A program made the translations under genes and the position numbers. Source: Chloropicon primus (lineage: Eukaryota). Taken from it: 64,000 bases of DNA. The notes under the pieces are model-generated. The model was not told where the DNA came from. It did no database searches and saw nothing but the letters and a program-made list of their open reading frames with translations. The DNA lies in NCBI GenBank assembly GCA_023205875.1, contig CP060756.1, positions 744,001 through 808,000 of the forward strand, read 5' to 3'. Positions within the stretch are counted from its first letter, which is position 1. Each line of letters starts with the position of its first letter. Positions 20,698 to 31,517 of this stretch are shown here, piece after piece.

Positions 20698-20871
20698 ACG
20701 CGGCGACGAAATCTTGCAGAGGCCTACGACGCTGCCGAGTTCATCAAGACGCATGTGGTCCAGGCTGAGATGACGGGCGAGGGGCGTTACAAGATGTCCG
20801 CGACGCAGTCCATGTCGGAGGACCAGCCCCCGGAGGGCTGGGTGGAGCCGCCTCCGCAAAAATGCAGCTAG
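20370..20871 (+). CDS. LYRM7: Mitochondrial LYR-motif protein MZM1/LYRM7 (complex III assembly); exons 20370-20556 and 20720-20871
   Basis: AYRLLLR...TFKGD...EIRQKF...AAEFIKTHVVQA. Phase-1 GTAAG...CAG intron with a GCTAAC branch site and a (CT)n tract. Confidence 0.8.
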
Positions 20872-20991
20872 GGCGAGGAGGAGGAGTTTCACAAAAAGCG
20901 GGAGGGGATAAGCAATCCTAAAGGGCAAACGATAAATTACAATGAAACTTTTTTGCCAAATTCGTTCCCGCCTTGCTCTTATCCATCGTCC

Positions 20992-22440
20992 TCAGCCGCC
21001 GAGTCCAATCATTGGAAGCAAGAAGCCCATCCACAACGCGAGTGGGACCACGGAGAGGAGGTAGATCTGGAGAAGAATCCTCGCCATGACTGGAGCGAGG
21101 GGCCTCGTGCTCGACTGCAAGTTCATGAGAAGCACGATGTTCTGCGCCGAGGGCATGACGGCCTGGACCAGCACCACGAGGTAGCAGATCGGATCGTTGG
21201 GCAGCCACTTCATGGTCTGGAAGACGTTCACGATGCCGAGACCCGCGAAGGGGACGACCAAGAACCTGACGAAAAGCGTGATGATCAGAGCTCCGACCTC
21301 GAGCTTCGACTTGGGGGAGAGCAGCTCCTTCCAGTCCAGAGGCTTGTCCTTTGGTCCGTCCGTGGGAAGGAGGGAGGCGGCCAGCACCATGGTCTGGATG
21401 GCCAGCAGCGATCCCGCCATGAGCTCGACGAGCTCCATCGCGCTCTTCGGAATCCCGAGGGCGAGCTTCGTCACGAAGGAAGCCCCCGCCATGCTCTCCG
21501 TGCTGGGAAAGAAGACGTTGGACAGAGGCGTGAGCCCGATGACCACTCCCGCCAGGACTCCGATCATGGGTGGGTTCATGTACTGCTTCAGGGACGCGAG
21601 GAACGAGCCAATCTTCTGGAGGAACGACATGTTTTCCTTCTTCTCGACGCCGTCGTTGCTCACGAACATCGCGTAGCCCAAGGACCAGAGCGCGGGCGAC
21701 CACGCGATGAGGAAGAGGGCCGTGTACCCCGCCGCAAGGTCGTACTGAGCCCCGGACAACAGCGTGGAGAAGAATATCAGGGGCAAAGTCACGGAGTTTC
21801 CGAACGCGCAGCTCGCCTTGACGATGCTCTTCATGACTTGGCTCGTCTTCTGCTCCGTGGTGACCTCGCCCTCCGCTGGCCCGTCCGAGGCCCCGCCGAC
21901 GGCCATGGCCTTGGCCGGCACCTCCTTGGAGACCAGGAACCTCTCCGCGATGCTGTACAGGACCGCCCCCGCGGCGAGACCGACGCCGATCTGGAGGAAG
22001 CCCACGATTGGAACTCCGAGCATGGACGGGTCCCCGAGCTTGATCAGAGTCACGGCGACCTTGGAGCAAAGAAGGCAAGGAAGGAGCACGTTGAAGGCGA
22101 CCTTGCTCAGTATCACGGGCGTCTGGCTGGGAAGCATCTGTATCTTCATGAGCTTGGAGATGACGCCGCACAGGAGCACGAGCTTGAAGGTGGTCGAGCA
22201 CGCGGACGAGAGGGCGACCTGGTCGAACGCCCTCGCGGTCGTGGCGGCCTCCCTCAGCCCCCTCGACGTCCCCTCCCTGGCAGCCCCCCTCCTCTGTGGT
22301 GGCGACGACGGGGTTCCCCTCGCCCCTCTCCTCGCGCACGCCCTTACACGACCTCGGGGCACCGAAGGGCCCGCGAGCTTGGCCGCCCTCGCGCCGTGGC
22401 TCACCCTCCTCGCGTCAAGTAGCATCGCCTTGGACATCAT
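20992..22440 (-). CDS. PIN-LIKES (PILS)/AEC-family membrane transporter with a transit-peptide-like N-terminus
   Basis: LSKVAFNVLLPCLL, FGNSVTLPL, NPP, VRFLVVP and Q..MPSAQN motifs; about 10 TM helices. Confidence 0.85.
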   Translation of the reverse strand: MMSKAMLLDARRVSHGARAAKLAGPSVPRGRVRACARRGARGTPSSPPQRRGAAREGTSRGLREAATTARAFDQVALSSACSTTFKLVLLCGVISKLMKIQMLPSQTPVILSKVAFNVLLPCLLCSKVAVTLIKLGDPSMLGVPIVGFLQIGVGLAAGAVLYSIAERFLVSKEVPAKAMAVGGASDGPAEGEVTTEQKTSQVMKSIVKASCAFGNSVTLPLIFFSTLLSGAQYDLAAGYTALFLIAWSPALWSLGYAMFVSNDGVEKKENMSFLQKIGSFLASLKQYMNPPMIGVLAGVVIGLTPLSNVFFPSTESMAGASFVTKLALGIPKSAMELVELMAGSLLAIQTMVLAASLLPTDGPKDKPLDWKELLSPKSKLEVGALIITLFVRFLVVPFAGLGIVNVFQTMKWLPNDPICYLVVLVQAVMPSAQNIVLLMNLQSSTRPLAPVMARILLQIYLLSVVPLALWMGFLLPMIGLGG

Positions 22441-22468
22441 CCTGCAAGCACCGGCACCAGCACCCCAC

Positions 22469-22525
<57 letters not shown>

Positions 22526-22791
22526 CAGACAAAAGTTGGAAGGAAGATAATCATTCATCAGTGTCTCCTCCTCCCTCCAATCCTTCGAGTGAGGCGTCGT
22601 TCGAAAGAGGGAAGCGGGAGGTTTCGAACACAAGGAACCTTCCACGGAGAGGAGCCTCGCCAATAACTCACCACCTCGTGTCCAGTAACTCGCTCGTCCT
22701 TGGGTTCCAAAGCCCAGAAGTCTTGCTCTCCACTGGCACTGGAGGATTTGATTTCAATCCTCTTCTGAGCCGCTCATTTTTTTCTCCAGGA

Positions 22792-22823
22792 AGGTTTTAG
22801 GTTTTAGGTTTTAGGTTTTTAGG
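22792..22823 (+). repeat. Interstitial telomere-like repeat (TTTTAGG)4
   Basis: AGG-TTTTAGG-TTTTAGG-TTTTAGG-TTTTTAGG read directly. Confidence 0.8.
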
Positions 22824-23051
22824 AAAGGAAGACGATCGCGATCGATCCAGAGCGAGGGAGGGCCTCTCTGTTGCTGAGCTCGTGACCGCGTCGTCGGGTG
22901 CTGGTGCTTCCGTCTCTTGTGCGTTGGGGGTGGCACGGAGGAGGCCTCAGAAACAAAACTTTTGTTCGTCGGTCGGCGTCTCTCTCTTTTTTTTTTTTTT
23001 TTTTGCACGGGCGCGCACGTGTCTACCAGGAGTTGTGGAGGAGGAGGAAGG

Positions 23052-24157
23052 ATGGGAAACAGCGGCGGCAAGTCCGTGCGGGAGGAGGGCGAGGAGCCCA
23101 GCCAGGTGCCAAACTACGACGGGAGGGGGGTGCCGACGACCACACCGCCCATACCCTTCCCCGCTCCGAAGAGGCAGGGGCAGCCGGGGAGCGCGGGGAC
23201 GAGCGTGCCGGGGTCCCCCTTGACGTACGGGCCCCAGCCCCTGATGGAGCCCCTCGTGAGGGACGCGTTTAACGTGACGCAGGCGGCGTCCCAGAGCAAC
23301 AACAACCAGCCACCACCGCAGGAGTTCCATGGGGTTCCCGGCTGGCCGCAGCAGGGGACCCTCGTCCCCACGGTCCTGATATGTAAGTGTGTGTGTTTGC
23401 GTGCGTGCGTTTCCTCCCCAAAAGAGTCACGGGAAACGAATGACTTGAAGCAGACACCATCACCCGACGCGGCCTGACCCTGCTGCTCGTATTCTTTCCT
23501 CTCTCTCTCTCTCTCTCATCTTCAAGGGAGCCACGGGGGCGATTCCGTGGAAGTGGAGGGCTCTTGGGACAACTGGACCTCAAGGTTGTCCCTCCTCAAG
23601 TCGGGCAAGGACTTCACGGTGGTCAAGCTGCTGATGCCAGGGGTGTACCAGTTCAAATTCATAGTGGACGGGACTTGGAAGTGAGTGCGAGAGTCTTTTG
23701 TTTTGTTTTGTTTTTTGGTTGTCCTTTTCCTGACTCCCACGATTGATCTTTCCTTCCCAACTCTCCCCTTAGGTATGCCCCAGACCAGTCCGCGATTTTC
23801 GACGAGATGGGCAACGTGAACAACGTCGTGGAGGTCCAGGAGTACGTTCCGGAGAACATAGACAGCATCAGCTCCTTCGACCTCCCGGAGTCGCCGAGGT
23901 CGAGCTACACGAACGAGCGGATGTCCGCGGACGACTTTGTCAAGGACCCCCCCTTGATGCCCCAGCACTTGAACTTGACCTTGCTGAACGTCCCGCAGTT
24001 CGTGGAGGCCCCCGCGGCCCTGCCCCGGCCCCAGCACGTCATCCTGAACCACATTTACCAGGAGACGAACAAGTCGAACGACAAGACTCACGTTCTGGGG
24101 ATGACCTACAGGTACAAGTCCAAGTACGTCACCACCGTCCTGTACAAAAGCAAGTGA
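23052..24157 (+). CDS. SnRK1/AMPK beta regulatory subunit; exons 23052-23382, 23527-23680, 23773-24157
   Basis: MGNSGGK myristoylation start, CBM48 ([16 protein letters not shown]...[15 protein letters not shown]) and ASC domain (PP.MPQHL...PQHVILNH...[13 protein letters not shown]). Two in-phase GT-AG introns. Confidence 0.92.
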
Positions 24158-24331
24158 AGACGCACGAGCATGCTCCTTCGCTTTATTCGAGCAACAGCAA
24201 TAAACGAGCGCCAGGGTAAAACTGCTGCTGCTGCTACTCTTTGTATTCTACCACCTACCTTGGACTCATACTCCACAATCCACAATCCACACTCCTCACA
24301 TCACATCATCTGCTTGAGGCAGAAACAAGCG

Positions 24332-26291
24332 ATGACGACGATGCGCCAGGGCAGGTTACAAGAAGGGTTGCGCAAGCCCGCGTCCCGCGGCGTGGTGGGA
24401 CGCGGGAGGGTGAGCAGGAGGGAGGTCTCCTCGTTCTCCTTCTACTCCTCCTCCTCCCGCTCGACGAGAGTGCGTGCGCTCGCGGAAGAGGCGAGCAAGG
24501 TAGGCGGCAGTGGGTCCGACGACGAGATTCTCGCCAAGGCCCTGCAGAGAGGGGAGCCGTGCTCCTTCGACAGGGAGGACATCGTGCACGAGTCCTCCTC
24601 GCCGGATCTTCCGTCCTGGACCCAGAACGACGCCTCGTACCTGAAGCAGATCCTGTGCGCACGCGTGTACGACGTGGCCGAGGAGACGGACCTGCAGAGG
24701 GCAGACACCCTGAGCACCAAGCTGAAGAATACAATCTTCTTGAAGCGGGAGGACCAGCAGCAAGTGTTTTCGTTCAAATTGAGGGGAGCGTTCAACAAGT
24801 GAGTGCCCAAGCGACCCGGACCCAGACCCGCCCCCACCCCTCGCTCCACGAAGGACGGACGGAGACTGACTTTTTTGTGTTTCCTTTCCTCGAAGGATGG
24901 CGAACTTGACTTCGGAGCAGCTGGAGCGGGGGGTGATCTGCAGCTCGGCTGGGAACCACGCCCAGGGCGTGGCCCTGTCCGCCCTTCGCTTGGGCTGCAA
25001 GGCGACAATCTGCATGCCGCTCATCACCCCTGACATCAAGGTGGACGCGGTGAAGAGGCTGGGAGGGAACGTGAAGCTCGTCGGAGAGAATTACGACGAG
25101 TGCCAGGCGTATGCCATCAAGACCGCCGAGGAGGAGGGCTTGAGCTACATCCACCCCTTCGACGACCCGTTCGTGATCGCTGGGCAGGGGACGGTGGGGG
25201 TGGAGATTCTCAGGCAGTGCTCCATCGACTTCGTGAACCAGGACCAAGACCTTGACGCCATATTTGTGCCCGTGGGGGGAGGGGGCCTGCTCGCGGGGAT
25301 CGCCTCTTTCGTGAAGCAGGTGAGGCCCGACATCAAGGTGTACGGGGTCGAGCCCTTGGGTGCGGCCTGCATGACGGAAGCCTTGATGAGGGGGGGCATC
25401 TGCACCCTGAACCAAGTGGACGCCTTTGCGGATGGGGTCGCCGTGAAAACAGCCGGGACGGAAACCTTCAGGCTCATCAGCAAGTTCTGCGACGGTATCA
25501 TAACCGTGACGACGGAGGAGATCTGCGCAGCGATTAAGGACGTCTTCAAGGACACGAGGTCCATCCTGGAGCCCGCGGGGGCCGTGTCGGTTGCGGGATT
25601 GAAGTCCTACTGCCGCCTGTATGGGGTGAAAGACAAGGTCTTTGTGGCTGTGACGAGCGGGGCGAACATGAACTTTGACAGGCTTCGCTTGGTCAGTGAC
25701 ATAGCAAATTTTGGCGCCAAGACGGAGGTCATGCTTGCCACCAGCATACCCGAGAAGCCTGGGGAGTTCAAGCGCTTTGTCGACGTTCTCGTGGGCGACG
25801 AAAAGATCTCGGTGACGGAGTTCAAGTATCGCTACGCGATGAACGAGAGTCGCATGGCCTACATCTTGTTCAGCGTTGAGGTCGACGAGGACACGAAGCA
25901 GAAGGAGAGTCTGCTGGCGAGGCTGTCGAACGCCGGGATGGACACCATTGATCTCAGTCACATAGAGGCTGCCCAGCGACACCTGCGTCATCTCGTGGGA
26001 GGGAGGGCGAGGAGCTTCACGGGAGCGATCCCTGACGAGAGAATCCTCGAGGTCACCTTTCCCGAGAGGCCCGGAGCACTGGGAAAATTTCTTTCAGAGC
26101 TGGCCCCGGAGTGGAATGTAACCCTCTTCCACTACAGGCAAACCGGTAACCTGGAAACGAACCTGCTTATCGGCATCCAGATCGCGGATTCCCAGTTCGG
26201 TTCCTTCCAGGAAGCCATGGAGAAGCTGGATTACAGGGCCGAGGAGATTGATTCCACGGCCATGGACGCGTTTGGGATGTTCCTCTACTGA
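24332..26291 (+). CDS. ilvA: Plastid threonine dehydratase (biosynthetic); exons 24332-24798 and 24896-26291
   Basis: [23 protein letters not shown] site, [21 protein letters not shown] and ACT-like regulatory repeats. 97-nt GTGAG...AAG intron. The start codon is uncertain (another in-frame ATG lies at 24170). Confidence 0.93.
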
Positions 26292-26382
26292 ATCGCGCGA
26301 CAAGAAACAGTTGTAATCAATTTGTGTACATATATATAAATACGAAGACTTCATGATGATGGTGATCTCCTCGCTCCCCGTC

Positions 26383-27270
26383 TCACCCAAACATCCCGAA
26401 CCACCTCTTCTTGTCCCTCTCCTTCCCCGCTGACTCCGCTTCCCGTGTCCTTTCCAGCTCCTCCCTGACCACCTCGCTGCCCGGTGCCAGCCCCTCCGCA
26501 GTACGTATGGCCTCGAGCGCGCGCCCCGTGTTTCCCAACAACCTGTGGCCTTTGGCCACCCTGCACCAAGCCTTGGCGTTCTCCGGGTCCTCTCTCGTCA
26601 CCTGCTCAGCGAGCTTGAGCCCTTGGCCGTACCGCTTGAGGCGAACGAGGCTCGAGAAGGAGTTTAACAGCAAAGGGTGCCTGATGCTGCGGACCTTGCC
26701 TAGATCCTCCTGCTTCAGCTGGAACATCATGTCCTCGTTGAGGAACGAAATCCCCATGTTGAAAAAGGACCAGGCCTCCCGATAATTGCCGCAGCGAAAC
26801 TCGTCGACCCCCAAGTCCCTCCTGCGCTGCGCGGCCGCTAGCCTCTCCTCAAAAAGCATGTCGGTCCTCAAGCTCTCCTCCCCTTCCTCCAGCCAACCCA
26901 GGAGGTCTGCAGCGTAGACGAGCGTGGAGGAGGGCGGCACGTGGGGAAACGAGAAGCTCCCCTCCTCGCCGTATCCGTACTCGGGCCTCACCCTCAGCTC
27001 GGCCCTCTCCCGTTTCCTCATCGACAGCAACCCAATGCCGAGACCCGCTGTGCTCGAGCAACCCGGTGCCCCTGCTGAAGCGACCACCTCGACCGGCGGG
27101 CCGTCATTCTCTTCCGTGGCGTAGACCTCTTCCCCCGTCTCCTCAAGGAAGACGCGGTAGTGAACGAAGCACTTTGCCCCCTCCTTGGGCGTCCCTTCCC
27201 CGACTCCCGGGACAGTGACCCTCTTCTCCACCCCACCTCCCTCCGCCAAACAAACCCAAACCGACGCCAT
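26383..27270 (-). CDS. FKBP-type immunophilin with TPRs, FKBP42/TWD1-like
   Basis: CFVHYR, YGYGEEGSFSFPHVPP and DMLFEERLAAA...DMMFQL hallmarks of FKBP42, followed by three TPRs. Confidence 0.82.
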   Translation of the reverse strand: MASVWVCLAEGGGVEKRVTVPGVGEGTPKEGAKCFVHYRVFLEETGEEVYATEENDGPPVEVVASAGAPGCSSTAGLGIGLLSMRKRERAELRVRPEYGYGEEGSFSFPHVPPSSTLVYAADLLGWLEEGEESLRTDMLFEERLAAAQRRRDLGVDEFRCGNYREAWSFFNMGISFLNEDMMFQLKQEDLGKVRSIRHPLLLNSFSSLVRLKRYGQGLKLAEQVTREDPENAKAWCRVAKGHRLLGNTGRALEAIRTAEGLAPGSEVVREELERTREAESAGKERDKKRWFGMFG

Positions 27271-27426
27271 CGCCTGCACACGTGATGGCGATTGAAAAGT
27301 GCTGGCTGGTGCTGGTGCTGGCTGGTGCTGGCTGGTGTGCTGCGGTGCGGTTTTGTAAAGATCATAATGAATGGTAAGTTATAAGTTATTGTTTCCAATA
27401 GAAGCTCCCCCCCAAGGGTATAGTAG

Positions 27427-30400
27427 TTATAGATGCATGTCGTGGGCGAGCTTGTACGGCAAGCGCGGTGGGCCGATGATCATTAGTAGTACAGGAAGCA
27501 AGACAAAAGCATGCAGGGTGCTCAGTATGACGAGGATGAGGTACATCCTAAAGTAGTAGATCTGGAAGATCTCCGTCTGGGACAGGGAGAGCACAAGAAC
27601 TCCGATGAGCTTGGTCAGGGCGATCCCGTTGAAGACGGGAGTTCCCATCCGAGACAGGGCGACCTGGGCCCTGAACGTGTTGGATCCGTCAGACACGGTG
27701 AAGGCCCTGACAATATGAATGCAAAACTCCAGGGCAATTCCGATTGCCATGGCCAAGTTCGTCAGCGAGACCGCGTTGAACTGGATGCCGAACAGGTACA
27801 TGCACCCCATCATGTCGACCACCACTGACATGACCACGACCATGGTCAAGCCAGCCGCCCACAAGCTGCCCAGGAAGAGATAGGACACGCCAAGAATGCT
27901 TATCGCCGCGACGGAGAACGTCAGGGTGGCGTAGTAGTCCATCTCCAGGTACTGCTCGAAGAAGACGTAGAAGACTGAGTAGGGGAAGACTTCGAGCCCA
28001 AGCTCCTCCGAAATCTTTCCCGTCAGCTTTTTGGCCTCCCTGAGAGCCGTGATGAAATCGTTCTGGGTCGCCAAAGGGGTGTGGTACCCCCTGTACCTCG
28101 CGGCCTTGACGACGCCTTCGCTGACACCAGCGTAGCCCGTGGGATCCGAGTCGCTCCTTTCCAACTCCGTGTTGTAGGCGCCCCTGCCAGCCTTTGCGCA
28201 CTCCTTCGACGGGATCGCCTCCATGAACCAAGGAATCGTCTTGTTGATCTGCGCCAAAGTTGGCCTGCTTCCATGCAAGTGGAAGAGCGGATCGGGGCTG
28301 TTGCCATCAAAGCACGTTTCGCAAGCCTTGTCCGTCGACGCAGTGGGGCAGAAAGTCTCGTTGCTGTACATTCTGCAGCACCTGTTCAGGGAGGGATTGA
28401 TCCACGAGATGTAGTCATCGATCCAGGAGGCCGCCGAGGTCGCAATGTATGAAGTGGAAGGGATCTCGGCCGCGTTCTGAATTTGATTCAGCATCGAGTT
28501 GGACATACAACCGGCAGTGGCGCACGTCTTGTTCACGTCATCAGAATCCGGCTGGACGTTCATGTGCTTCTGGACAAAGTAAACGGGCGGGCCAACTCTC
28601 AGCTGGGTTGCGATGTCCCCAAAGTAGTCCTGCAAGTACGAGTCTCGCGGCAATGCGACAGTCTGCTCCAGACCCAGTTCTACGTGCTGAATGCAACCAA
28701 TAGCGCTGAAGAACATTGCGAGAAAAGTGAGAAGCACTGAGATTTGCACAGCCTGCTTTTGAAGCACTTGGCTGAAGCTAATTGCCAGGCTCTCCAGAAC
28801 CCCGCTCTCAGGGCCGCCTTTCCCATCGGCACTGGGAGAGCCCCTGACCTCCTTGATGCAGGGCATGCAGTCCATCCTGCGGTTCTTGATTCTCTGCTCG
28901 TCCAGCAGCAGCATTGCTACAAAGGCTGTCACTTGGAAAATGTAGTCGATCAGGACAGTAATCGCAGCAAACAGGGCAAAAGTCGTGCAGGCTGGCATGC
29001 CCGTCAGGACTCCGGCAAGGAACGCCAAAAACTCTGCAGTGGCCGCAAGTGTGATGCTGGGGCCCGCAGAAGAGAGGGCATTGCCGACTCGGATTGGCAG
29101 GGCCAGATTCACGTCCTGGCACTGGAGCGTGTGGGCAAGAATGCACATGTTGTCCACTCCGATGGCAAGAGCAAGGAAAGGAATGACCTCAACGATCAGG
29201 AGGGTCGACTTCACGCCAAGAGTGGACAGGATTCCAGCGGCGCACAACACGCTCAAGATCACCAGCAGCACCCCACCCAGTCCAAGAAGTATCCTGGTGC
29301 GGAAACACATGAGGCTCGGTTTGCAGGAGCTGGCACCGCCCAGGACAAAAGTCATGTACACGAACATCGCTATGAAAGAGAAGGCCACCGTCATGGCGTC
29401 GGCGTTGCTTTCCCTCTCAAGCTCACTCTGCACAGAGCTTTCAGAAGAATAAGAGAGCCTCAAGTTGCTGGCACCGGTAATCTTCAACAGCTTTTCTTGC
29501 ACGATGCTGATGAACTGCTTCTCAAACGCAAGAGCCGCGTCCAAGTTCTCCTCCGAGTTGTCAACCAAGTACACAACGATCAAGGAGGTCGAGTCATTGG
29601 AGTAGACGACGTTACCCTGGTCCCTCGGGAAGCCACCGAACACGAGCTTCGGGTCCATGGGCGCCTTGAACGCAGAGAAACAGCTCTCTTCTGTGATCCA
29701 GTGCTGGAAGCAGAATTCCATCCAATCCTTGTCGTTGGGGTGGGTCGACGCGGCATCCTCAAAGGCGGTCCTGTTCATCTGCCAGTACTGCAGGATGCTC
29801 TGCGTGGCACACGCCCCGGTCGGACCGAAAGGCTTGAAGCAAATGTCATCGAGAGTGGCGTTCTTTCCATTGTCAAGAGGCACGGAGATATCGTTGATGA
29901 TGTCCTGCATTTCGAACATCATTCGGATGTTGTCCTCCGTCACGATGCTGGAATTCGAAGAACTGTCGTTCTTGGTGATGATCAGCTGCTCGATCCTGTA
30001 GAACTTCCCGAAGGCCTTGTTGAAGAAATCTTGCTCCAACTTCGTGCTGCTGCCCGCTGGAACCCAGAGGTTCTCGGGATTTGTCTCCACCTGAAAACGC
30101 AGGAGACCAAGCAGGCACAAGGCAACGAAGATCATGGTGATGAGCAGCGTCCTGATCGGGTACGTTGCGATCCAAACGCCTTGCTTGTAGAACCACTTCC
30201 TCAAGAACCCTTCTACAGGCGGAAGCACCAGAGCGTTCGCCTCCGCCTCCATGGCACTCTTCAGCTTGTCACGGACGGAAACGCCGTTGGCATCGCCCTT
30301 AGAGCCCAGAAGGGGCTCTTCCGCGCTCGCGTAATCGTCCAAATCGCTGTCTTGACTCCCGCCGTCCGACTTCCTGTTCGCCCGGACCCACGTGAAGGTT

Positions 30401-31272
30401 CCAGAAAAAGCGATGACAAGGAAAGCGACCACGAGTCCCAGGTCCATGCAGCCCAGGGAGTTTGCCGGCAAACCCAGAGCGGTGCAACCTGGCGGCGGCG
30501 GCGGCGGGGCAGGTTTCGGCTTGGTGCACGACGGGCCCTGGGGGCAGTCCCCGCAGGAGCAGCCAAAGGACTTGTCGTAGCAGGTCGGGAGGGTGTCGTT
30601 CATGGTCACGACCCCCTGCGGCACCGGGGACTCCGTGGTGTTGAGGGGGAAGTTGATCGTGATCGGATTCAGCAAGGGGAACTTCTCCCCCTGCTTGGAA
30701 AGCATCATGTGCCAGCCCTTGCAGTCGTCGGTCTTGCACAGCGTATCCATGGCCTTCACATTCATCGAGGAGACCTTCACTTCCTTGCAAGAGTTCCACA
30801 GGGACTCGCCAAAGTGGGGCGCAACGTAGTAGTCCACCTCGTCCACGTCCTTGCCGTTGCCCGTCGTCTTCGTCACGTTGAGGAACTCCTCCTGGTAGGG
30901 CGCGCAGGTCATCCAGCACCAAAGGTGCTTGAAGTTGTGGTCGCAGGCAGGGCAGCCCAAAACTATCTGGTGCAGCAGCTGCATTTTCGTGTACAGGGTT
31001 TGAATTTGCGACTCCGCGCAGCAGTACTCGCCGTCCTTGCCACCGAACGCGCTGTAGAGGGCCGGGCAGGCGCTCTGGAGCTTCTCCAGCTTGCTCTCAT
31101 CGGCTATCTTCTGCGGTGCAGCACCGTTCGCCACGAGCGGCACTCCGAGCAGGCTTTGACCAAACATCGCACATCCTTTCTTTTGCGCGCTCGCGACGGT
31201 CGCGAAAAGAAGCAGACTCGTTGCGGTTACCGCGACGCACGCCCGCAACACGGCAGCTCGCGACCGAGGCAT
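27427..31272 (-). CDS. NPC1: Niemann-Pick C1-like sterol transporter
   Basis: Signal peptide, Cys-rich N-terminal domain (CPAC..NF...C.MTC.P.Q, CSCGDCP), sterol-sensing domain (EVIPFL.LAIGVDN), GPPVYFV, FPYSVFYVFFEQY and YYFRMY. Confidence 0.95.
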   Translation of the reverse strand: MPRSRAAVLRACVAVTATSLLLFATVASAQKKGCAMFGQSLLGVPLVANGAAPQKIADESKLEKLQSACPALYSAFGGKDGEYCCAESQIQTLYTKMQLLHQIVLGCPACDHNFKHLWCWMTCAPYQEEFLNVTKTTGNGKDVDEVDYYVAPHFGESLWNSCKEVKVSSMNVKAMDTLCKTDDCKGWHMMLSKQGEKFPLLNPITINFPLNTTESPVPQGVVTMNDTLPTCYDKSFGCSCGDCPQGPSCTKPKPAPPPPPPGCTALGLPANSLGCMDLGLVVAFLVIAFSGTFTWVRANRKSDGGSQDSDLDDYASAEEPLLGSKGDANGVSVRDKLKSAMEAEANALVLPPVEGFLRKWFYKQGVWIATYPIRTLLITMIFVALCLLGLLRFQVETNPENLWVPAGSSTKLEQDFFNKAFGKFYRIEQLIITKNDSSSNSSIVTEDNIRMMFEMQDIINDISVPLDNGKNATLDDICFKPFGPTGACATQSILQYWQMNRTAFEDAASTHPNDKDWMEFCFQHWITEESCFSAFKAPMDPKLVFGGFPRDQGNVVYSNDSTSLIVVYLVDNSEENLDAALAFEKQFISIVQEKLLKITGASNLRLSYSSESSVQSELERESNADAMTVAFSFIAMFVYMTFVLGGASSCKPSLMCFRTRILLGLGGVLLVILSVLCAAGILSTLGVKSTLLIVEVIPFLALAIGVDNMCILAHTLQCQDVNLALPIRVGNALSSAGPSITLAATAEFLAFLAGVLTGMPACTTFALFAAITVLIDYIFQVTAFVAMLLLDEQRIKNRRMDCMPCIKEVRGSPSADGKGGPESGVLESLAISFSQVLQKQAVQISVLLTFLAMFFSAIGCIQHVELGLEQTVALPRDSYLQDYFGDIATQLRVGPPVYFVQKHMNVQPDSDDVNKTCATAGCMSNSMLNQIQNAAEIPSTSYIATSAASWIDDYISWINPSLNRCCRMYSNETFCPTASTDKACETCFDGNSPDPLFHLHGSRPTLAQINKTIPWFMEAIPSKECAKAGRGAYNTELERSDSDPTGYAGVSEGVVKAARYRGYHTPLATQNDFITALREAKKLTGKISEELGLEVFPYSVFYVFFEQYLEMDYYATLTFSVAAISILGVSYLFLGSLWAAGLTMVVVMSVVVDMMGCMYLFGIQFNAVSLTNLAMAIGIALEFCIHIVRAFTVSDGSNTFRAQVALSRMGTPVFNGIALTKLIGVLVLSLSQTEIFQIYYFRMYLILVILSTLHAFVLLPVLLMIIGPPRLPYKLAHDMHL

Positions 31273-31517
31273 CTCTTCGCCTTTGGGTACGAACCTAAAG
31301 TCCTCCTCTCCGGCGCGATCGAGTCGAGTCTGTTTCCTCGGAATTTTTTTCTGTGCCTCTCCAGGAAAACGGAAACGAAACTTTTGCCTGGCAATAATTG
31401 TGTCATTGGGATACTTTTGTTATTACCAAGGGTTGTTGTTGTTGTTGTTGTTGTTGTTCAAAAAGATGGGCACCTTTGGTTCTCCTGTTCCTGTTCTTTG
31501 CGGTGTCGTCTTCGACT

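Noticed and set aside
22792..22823. Possible telomerase RNA template or chromosome end
   Set aside because: Four copies is too many for a template and too few for a telomere, and it is flanked by ordinary genes.
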